From positions 1 through 12,896 of the forward strand of contig JANMKN010000332.1 of the NCBI GenBank assembly GCA_031372065.1: 12,896 nucleotides of DNA, read 5' to 3'. Positions 7,195 to 12,896 of this stretch are shown here, in pieces. A program made the position numbers and the translations under genes. Numbering within the stretch: the first letter of the stretch is position 1; each line of letters starts with the position of its first letter. A model generated the notes under the pieces. The model had not been told where the DNA came from, searched no databases, and worked only from the letters and a program-made list of their open reading frames with translations. This DNA is from Abditibacteriaceae bacterium (GTDB lineage: Bacteria > Armatimonadota > Abditibacteriia > Abditibacteriales > Abditibacteriaceae).

Positions 7195-9087
7195 TTAACG
7201 CGAGGCATATTCGCGCTCGAATTTCTTGTCGAGTTCGAGCGTGGAAATCTTGATGAGAATCGGCTGACCGTGCGGGCAGATGCCGGGGTTTTGCACCGTC
7301 ATTAAATCCTCAATGAGTTTTTGTTGCTGCTCCGTTTGCAAGGGGTCGCCGGCTTTGATGGCGTTTTTGCAGGACAGCATGGTGAGCAGGGCGCGGCGCT
7401 TGTCTTGTAAGGTGCGGCCCGGTTTGCCGTCGCTGGAAATCATTTCGTCCAACAAATCGCCGAACGCGGTTTGATAGTCGCCGTGTGCCACCAAAGTCGG
7501 CACCGCGCGCACCAAAACCGAACTGCCGCCGAACGATTCGACTTCAAAGCCCAAATCTTTGATGAGATTGGCGTTTTCTTCGAGCGCCGCTGCCGCGCGC
7601 GGGCCGACTTCGGCGGTGAACGGAATCACCAAGCGCTGCGATTCGACCGCGCGACTTTCGGCGGCTTCGATGGCGCGGTCAGCTAAGATTCTTTCGTGCG
7701 CGCGGTGCTGACAGACAATATAAAGGCCGTCGTCGGCCTCGCACAAAATGTAAGCGTTGTGCGAAATCTGCGCGAGAGGGCGCAGTTGCAGCTTCTTTTC
7801 TTCGGGCGGCGTGAAGTCGGGGAAAAGGTTGGATGCGGGATGCTGGGAACCACTATTCGCTGACCACTGACCACTGACCACTGACTGCTGACTCGGATAG
7901 GCGGCGCGAAAAGCATTAATATCGCCGCCGGTAGGCGCAACAGGCACTGAGAATGCAGAGTTCTCCCCGCTTCCCGCCTCCTGCCTCCTGCCTTCGGCCT
8001 CCTGTCCACTGCCCACCGACCACTGCTCACTGTTCGCCGGGGCTTCCGCTCGTCCTTGAAACTGCCAGTCGGGTGTGAGTTGCGCGGCGGCTAAGGTTTC
8101 GCGGGCAGCGATGCGCACGGCGTGATGAATTTCCCATTCGCGCGCAAAGCGCACTTCGCTTTTGGTCGGATGCACGTTCACATCCACCGCGCCAGCGGGC
8201 ATTTCGATGAAAATGACGGCGACAGGAAAGCGCCCGCTGCCATGAATCAGGCCTTCATAAGCCGCTTGAACCGCGTGTTGCATGGTGCGATTCTTCACCA
8301 CGCGCCCGTTAATGTAAAAAATCTGATTATTGCGATTGGCGCGCGTCATTTGCGGGCGCCCGACAAAGCCCGTCACTTTAATTGGCGAAGTGTCATCTTC
8401 GGAGGAAGGCGCAATCGGCAGCATCTGGCGCCCGGTTTCGCTGCCCAAAACGCAAACTACGGCGTTGAACGGGTTGCCGTTGGCTTCGACGCGCAGCGAT
8501 TCGTTGCCGTTATGACGCAGGCGAAAGGCCACTTCGGGATACGCCAAGGCCAAATGGCCGATCATTTCCGCCGTGCGCGCGGCTTCGGCGGCGTCGCTTT
8601 TGAGGAATTTAAAGCGCGCGGGCGTGTTGAAAAACAAGTCGCGCACAATGATTTCGGTGCCTTCGGAGCAGCCAACTTCGGAAACATCGGTGACAACGCT
8701 GGCTTCGACGGTGACGCGCGTGCCACTTTCGGCGCCGGTTTCGCGGGTGTTGATTTCCATGCGCGAAACGGCGGCCACTGAAGGCATCGCTTCGCCGCGA
8801 AAGCCGAGCGTGTTAATAGACCACAAATCGGCGGCGTCTTGCAGTTTGGAGGTGGCGTGGCGCTGCAAACATAGAACGGCATCGGAAGCGTTCATACCGG
8901 CGCCATCGTCGCGCACGCGGATGAGTTTCTTGCCGCCGTCTTCTATATCTATATTAATGCGGCGCGCCCCGGCATCAATGGCGTTTTCGACGAGTTCTTT
9001 GACGGCGTTGGACGGGCGCTCAATGACTTCGCCCGCCGCGATTTGATTGGCGATTTCAGGTTCAAGTTTACGGATTCGGTTCGACAC
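7195..9087 (-). CDS. mutL: DNA mismatch repair endonuclease MutL, 630 aa
   Basis: NQIAAGEVIERP, VKELVENAIDA, RHATSK, LGFRGEA, VDVNVHPTKSEVRF; C-terminal endonuclease motifs (variant CQHRAHERILAD, SCKNAIK, CPHGQP). Confidence 0.97.
   Translation of the reverse strand: MSNRIRKLEPEIANQIAAGEVIERPSNAVKELVENAIDAGARRINIDIEDGGKKLIRVRDDGAGMNASDAVLCLQRHATSKLQDAADLWSINTLGFRGEAMPSVAAVSRMEINTRETGAESGTRVTVEASVVTDVSEVGCSEGTEIIVRDLFFNTPARFKFLKSDAAEAARTAEMIGHLALAYPEVAFRLRHNGNESLRVEANGNPFNAVVCVLGSETGRQMLPIAPSSEDDTSPIKVTGFVGRPQMTRANRNNQIFYINGRVVKNRTMQHAVQAAYEGLIHGSGRFPVAVIFIEMPAGAVDVNVHPTKSEVRFAREWEIHHAVRIAARETLAAAQLTPDWQFQGRAEAPANSEQWSVGSGQEAEGRRQEAGSGENSAFSVPVAPTGGDINAFRAAYPSQQSVVSGQWSANSGSQHPASNLFPDFTPPEEKKLQLRPLAQISHNAYILCEADDGLYIVCQHRAHERILADRAIEAAESRAVESQRLVIPFTAEVGPRAAAALEENANLIKDLGFEVESFGGSSVLVRAVPTLVAHGDYQTAFGDLLDEMISSDGKPGRTLQDKRRALLTMLSCKNAIKAGDPLQTEQQQKLIEDLMTVQNPGICPHGQPILIKISTLELDKKFEREYASR
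7853..7893. repeat. 7-bp tandem repeat in the mutL linker: (CTGACCA)x3 perfect plus degenerate flanking units
   Basis: CTGACCA at 7860-7866, 7867-7873 and 7874-7880, then CTGACTG and CTGACT. Encodes SQQSVVSGQWSA. Confidence 0.85.
7967..8036. repeat. Degenerate 7-bp tandem array (10 units) in the mutL linker
   Basis: ccgcttc ccgcctc ctgcctc ctgcctt cggcctc ctgtcca ctgccca ccgacca ctgctca ctgttcg. Encodes approximately NSEQWSVGSGQEAEGRRQEAGSG. Confidence 0.8.
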
Positions 9088-9093
9088 ACTTTC

Positions 9094-9102
9094 AGTTTAG
9101 CA
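9094..9102 (-). promoter_or_regulatory. Extended -10 promoter element for a probable leaderless mutL transcript
   Basis: Minus strand reads TG-C-TAAACT-GAAAGT-GTG(start): a TGnTAnnnT element 6 nt before the start codon. No SD is present. Confidence 0.55.
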
Positions 9103-9234
9103 AGCGCGAGGAATTGCTGAATTTAGCGCTTTACATAGGCTCTTGGGGGCAGAGACTACTGACAAAATATCGTCCCTCACAGTGTGAATTTCCCAACACT
9201 CAATGGCGTTGCGGGCACCACAAAAGGAGAAATC

Positions 9235-9345
9235 ATGCTTAAACAAGAGATTTTAAGGACAAGTCGGCAAGCGGCGCACCGCGAAAAGGGCACCCGGAGC
9301 CGTGATTTCCATCGCCGGGCACGCCAAGTAACGGTTCTGCCGTAG
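9235..9345 (+). CDS. Possible small basic protein, 36 aa (MLKQEILRTSRQAAHREKGTRSRDFHRRARQVTVLP)
   Basis: Strong SD AAAAGGAG followed by AAATC and ATG, like the SDs of the genes starting at 7159 and 6796. Ends TAG at 9343-9345. No recognisable homology. Confidence 0.35.
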   Translation: MLKQEILRTSRQAAHREKGTRSRDFHRRARQVTVLP

Positions 9346-9484
9346 CTGACCGCGTAAGATGAGGATGTTATGCTTAAGTTACAACAGGCGCGCTCAAGCG
9401 CTTAGAGCCTCTCTCGTGTCCGGTTGAGGTTCAGTCAAAGTCTTTCCATGACAAAGCAGCATCTCCGGCGAAAGAACGAGATTT

Positions 9485-12400
9485 ATGATGAAAATGCAAG
9501 TGATGAAGTCGTTCGGCGTCTTGTTAATGAATGTCTTGATGTTTGTGGCGCTTGGCCTGAGTCGCCCGGTCAGGGCCGATGTGTTCTCCAACGTGCCCGA
9601 AGCCAGCAGCTATACGCTGGTTTACACGCTACCCATTCCCACAGGCGCCGACTTAAATAAGAACGCCATTCCTTACAGCGTGGATAACTCGGCGGGCACT
9701 CCGGCGACTTTTGACCGCGTGGCCTATTATCTGGAATTGCAATCTGGCGCGGGTGCGCTGCAATACGTCTTTGTTTCTTTTGACAAGCTCGCCGGTATGA
9801 CCGCCTCCAACCAGATTGGCGTGCCTAATGTGGCGTCGGGCGAGTTTTATCAAGCGCTTTTGGCCAACATGAACGTTGCATCGAACGTGGCGGGCCTCAC
9901 TACCGGCACGGGCATCGCCACCGGTAACATCGAGTTCTGGCCTTCCAATTACTCCACCCCCAACGACAACAGCGTGCCAAATGCCGATGGCAGCACCTAC
10001 GATTTCGGCGATGGCGGTGCGGACACTTCTGCTGGCTACGGCTCGATGCAACTTCACAACTATGATGTGGATGGCGCCGGTGCGGGCACTGTCGGGCAAA
10101 CGCTGCTCGCTTACAACCAATGGGGCAGTGGCGGTGGCGAACTGGGTATTGATAACCAGAGTAGCGGCAACCCCGACTGGACTTTCGCCGGCAACGTCGC
10201 CTCCTACACTGTGCGCAACCTGCAAATCTTAGTGCGCCTGCCGGACACCGCGCAGACCACGCCGAACTTTGTGGTCAATAACACCGCCGATTACGACGAC
10301 GGCACCTGCGGTGTTGCCCACTGCACTTTGCGCGAAGCGATTAACGCGGCCAACAGCAACACTGATGCGAGCCTTATCACCTTTTCGAGCCTCTTTAATA
10401 GCGCGCAGACCGTTATGGTGGACAACGACTTGCCTGCGATAAGCGCGGAAACGACCCTGACCGGCCCCGGCGCCACTCTGCTGACAGTGCAAGAAAACGG
10501 CGCCGCGCAGTTGCTTGATATTTTCACCGTGAGCAATCGCGCCAGAGCGACTTTTAGCGCCTTGACCATCAGCGGCGGTTACGACGGCATCTTCAACAGA
10601 AATGGCACGCTGATGCTCGCCGACTGCACCTTCAGCGATAACCGAGCTGCCCTTGAAAGCAGAGGCACGGCGACAGCCACAGTCACCAACTGCCTCTTCA
10701 GCGACAACATTTACGGTGTTGCCAACATAGGCGGCACGGCGCTGACCACTGACTGCACTTTTAGCGACAACGACCTCGGCACTCTGGTCTACGGCGGCAC
10801 CTTGACTTCTACCAATTGCACCTTCCGTAGAAACTCTTATGGCATTGCCACCGACATCGGTGGTGATGCCACGGCCAACGGCTGCACGTTTAGGCCCAAT
10901 CTTTATGGCGTTTATAACGGGGACGGCACGGTGCAGGTGACGAACAGCATTTTCAGCGGCAACTTCGACGGCATTCACAACGAAGTTGGCACGGCAACGG
11001 TCACCAATAGCTCCTTCAGCGCCAACGATGTCGGCATTCATAACCTCGACGCGACGCCTGTCACCAATTGCACCTTCAATAACAACAGCTTTGGCATTTA
11101 CAACGAAGGCGGCGCGCTGACGACCACCAATTGCACCCTGAGCGGCAACAACGACAAGGGTATTTTTGTCTTTGGAGGCACCGTGAATGTGCAGAACTCC
11201 ATCGTTGCGGGCAACACCAACTTCGACATAGACGGCACTTTCACCAATGGCGGCAGCAATATCATCGGCGGCACGGCGCTGGCGGCGGGTCTTGAAACGG
11301 ATGGCACCGGCAAGCCTCTTCTCCGGCACAACGGTGGCCCGACCCCCAGCATTGCTATCGTGCCGGGTTCTCCGGCCCACGGCAATGCCAACCCTGCGAC
11401 TACTCCGGTCACTGACCAGCGCGGCTTTCTGCGTCCACTGCCCGGCGTTGGCAAGCCTGACATCGGCGCCGTTGAACTCGAAGTGCTGGTCACCAGCAAT
11501 CCCGTTGTCACCGAAACTCCGGGCGGCACCATCGCCAGTTTCATCGTAGATTTAGGTTCTCCAGCGCTGCGTGTCATCACCTTCGATGCCGTTACCAGTG
11601 ATTACAGCGCTCTGGCAGGCAGCGACTACATCGCCCGCGCTTTGAAAAGCTACTCCATTGGCATCGGCCAAAGCAACAAGGTCATCACCGTGCCGATCTT
11701 GGACGACAACGTGGACGAGATTCAGGAAACCTTTCTCCTGCTTTTGTCCAACAGCAATAAGGCCAGCATCCGCGCCAATGGTGGTATCTTGGGTGGACGC
11801 GCCACCATCATTGATGACGATGCCGTGCCCACGGTTTCCGTCGCCGATTTGCCCGGTGTGCGCGAAGGCAGCAGCGGCACGCAGAATCGCAGCTTCACCG
11901 TCAAACTCTCGGCTCCCGGCACCAAAACGGCTGTCGTTGACTACGCCTTCAACGGCACTGCGACCTACGGCACGGACTACAACGCCCCGGCGGGCAACAG
12001 CGCACCCTGACCTTTGCGCCCGGTGAAACCAGCAAGAGCGTTGCGGTGCAAATCTACGGCGACACGCAGCCCGAAGACGACGAAAGTATTCGCCTGCAAC
12101 TGACCAAGGTTAGCGGCGCGGTAGCCGGTCAAGTCATCGGCACGCTTCTCATTCTCAACGACGACACCATTGTTTCCGTCAACAATCTTCCACCCCTTCA
12201 AGAAAAGTCTGCGGGCAGCCAGAGCCGTCATTTTACCGTTAGTTTGGCCTTTGCCAGCAGTAATACGGTTTCTGTGGCCTATGGTTTTGCCACATCGAAC
12301 GCCGCGACTTATGGCGATGATTTCACCGCACCGGGCGGCAATGCTGCCACCCTAACTTTTGCGCCCGGAGAAACCAGCAAAAGTGTCTTTGTAGATGTTT

Positions 12401-12864
12401 TAGGCGACACCTTGCCCGAAAACGACGAGCCGATTAGTATTCAACTGCTTAATGTGGTCAATGGTGTCTTCGATGGCACTGCCCGCACCGGTCAATTGCT
12501 TATTGTGAACGATGACGCAGCGCCCAGCCTGTCGCTTAACGATGTAATTCAGGCCGAGGGCAGCGGCGGCATGACCAACTTCACTTTTACAGTGACTTTA
12601 TCGAAGGTCAGCGGCCAAGTGGTGACAGTTTCTTATCAAACGGCCAACGGTAGCGCGGTGAAACCGGGCGATTACATCGGTAAAGCCGGCACTCTAACCT
12701 TTGCGCCCGGTGAAACTACCAAAACCATCACCGTTACAGTGGCAGGCGACGCCGTGCATGAAAACGACGAAACCTTTACCGTGGATTTGAGCAATCCTGT
12801 GAACGCCACTCTCCTTGATGGTCAAGGCCAAGGCACCATTTTGGACGACGACGCTTCAATTTAA
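9485..12864 (+). CDS. Large secreted CSLREA / parallel beta-helix / choice-of-anchor-Q / 4x Calx-beta protein, interrupted by a 1-bp frameshift at ~12002 (about 1126 aa if restored)
   Basis: Signal peptide ending RPVRA|DVF; VVNNTAD...CGVAHCTLREAINAAN (CSLREA-type, Cys at 10322); about nine xTNCTFSxN beta-helix turns; NGGPTP...SPA...DQRG...DIGAVE; Calx-beta units (LTFAPGETSK, DDxVDExxETF, TILDDD). Track ORFs 9485..12010 and 12046..12864 join in the middle of a Calx-beta unit. Confidence 0.85.
10610..11215 (+). repeat. Coding repeats of ~21-23 aa (parallel beta-helix turns)
   Basis: Recurring LADCTFSDN, VTNCLFSDN, TTDCTFSDN, STNCTFRRN, ANGCTFRPN, VTNSIFSGN, VTNSSFSAN, VTNCTFNNN, TTNCTLSGN. Confidence 0.8.
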
Positions 12865-12896
12865 GCGAGCGTAACCCATCAAAAGCGCGGCGAGAA

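Noticed and set aside
7853..8036. CRISPR array or mobile element
   Set aside because: The repeats are 7-bp tandem units without spacers, and there are no cas, transposase or integrase genes in the window.
9255..9345. Possible c-di-GMP riboswitch upstream of the surface-protein gene
   Set aside because: GGCAA and GAAA fragments are present, but I could not build the GEMM P1/P2 stems. An Infernal scan would be needed.
10229..11380. 383-aa minus-strand ORF (also 9653..10225 and 8122..8781)
   Set aside because: Antisense shadows of strongly supported genes, caused by codon bias and repeats.

Overview
A GC-rich bacterial chromosomal region. A minus-strand gene run reads mutL, a membrane-anchored L7/L12-CTD-like protein, a small membrane protein, moaB/mog, a GAF-HD-GYP phosphodiesterase and a GAF sensor histidine kinase. 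On its left are an SF2 DExH helicase and a zinc-ribbon/TPR membrane protein. On its right is a large secreted CSLREA/beta-helix/Calx-beta protein broken by a 1-bp frameshift. Main finding: the two ORF-track pieces of the kinase (4367..4579 and 3383..4255) are in the same frame and separated only by one TGA (4367-4369). That TGA falls where I recall a conserved Cys in this GAF family, and it is followed after exactly 11 nt by a hairpin with a GGUC loop, the geometry of the E. coli fdhF SECIS. This is a strong candidate selenocysteine-containing sensor histidine kinase (398 aa, Sec71). Secondary observations: 7-bp tandem repeats inside the mutL linker, a probable leaderless mutL transcript, a GTAG-type REP/REPIN after the helicase, and two SD-led small ORFs missing from the ORF track.
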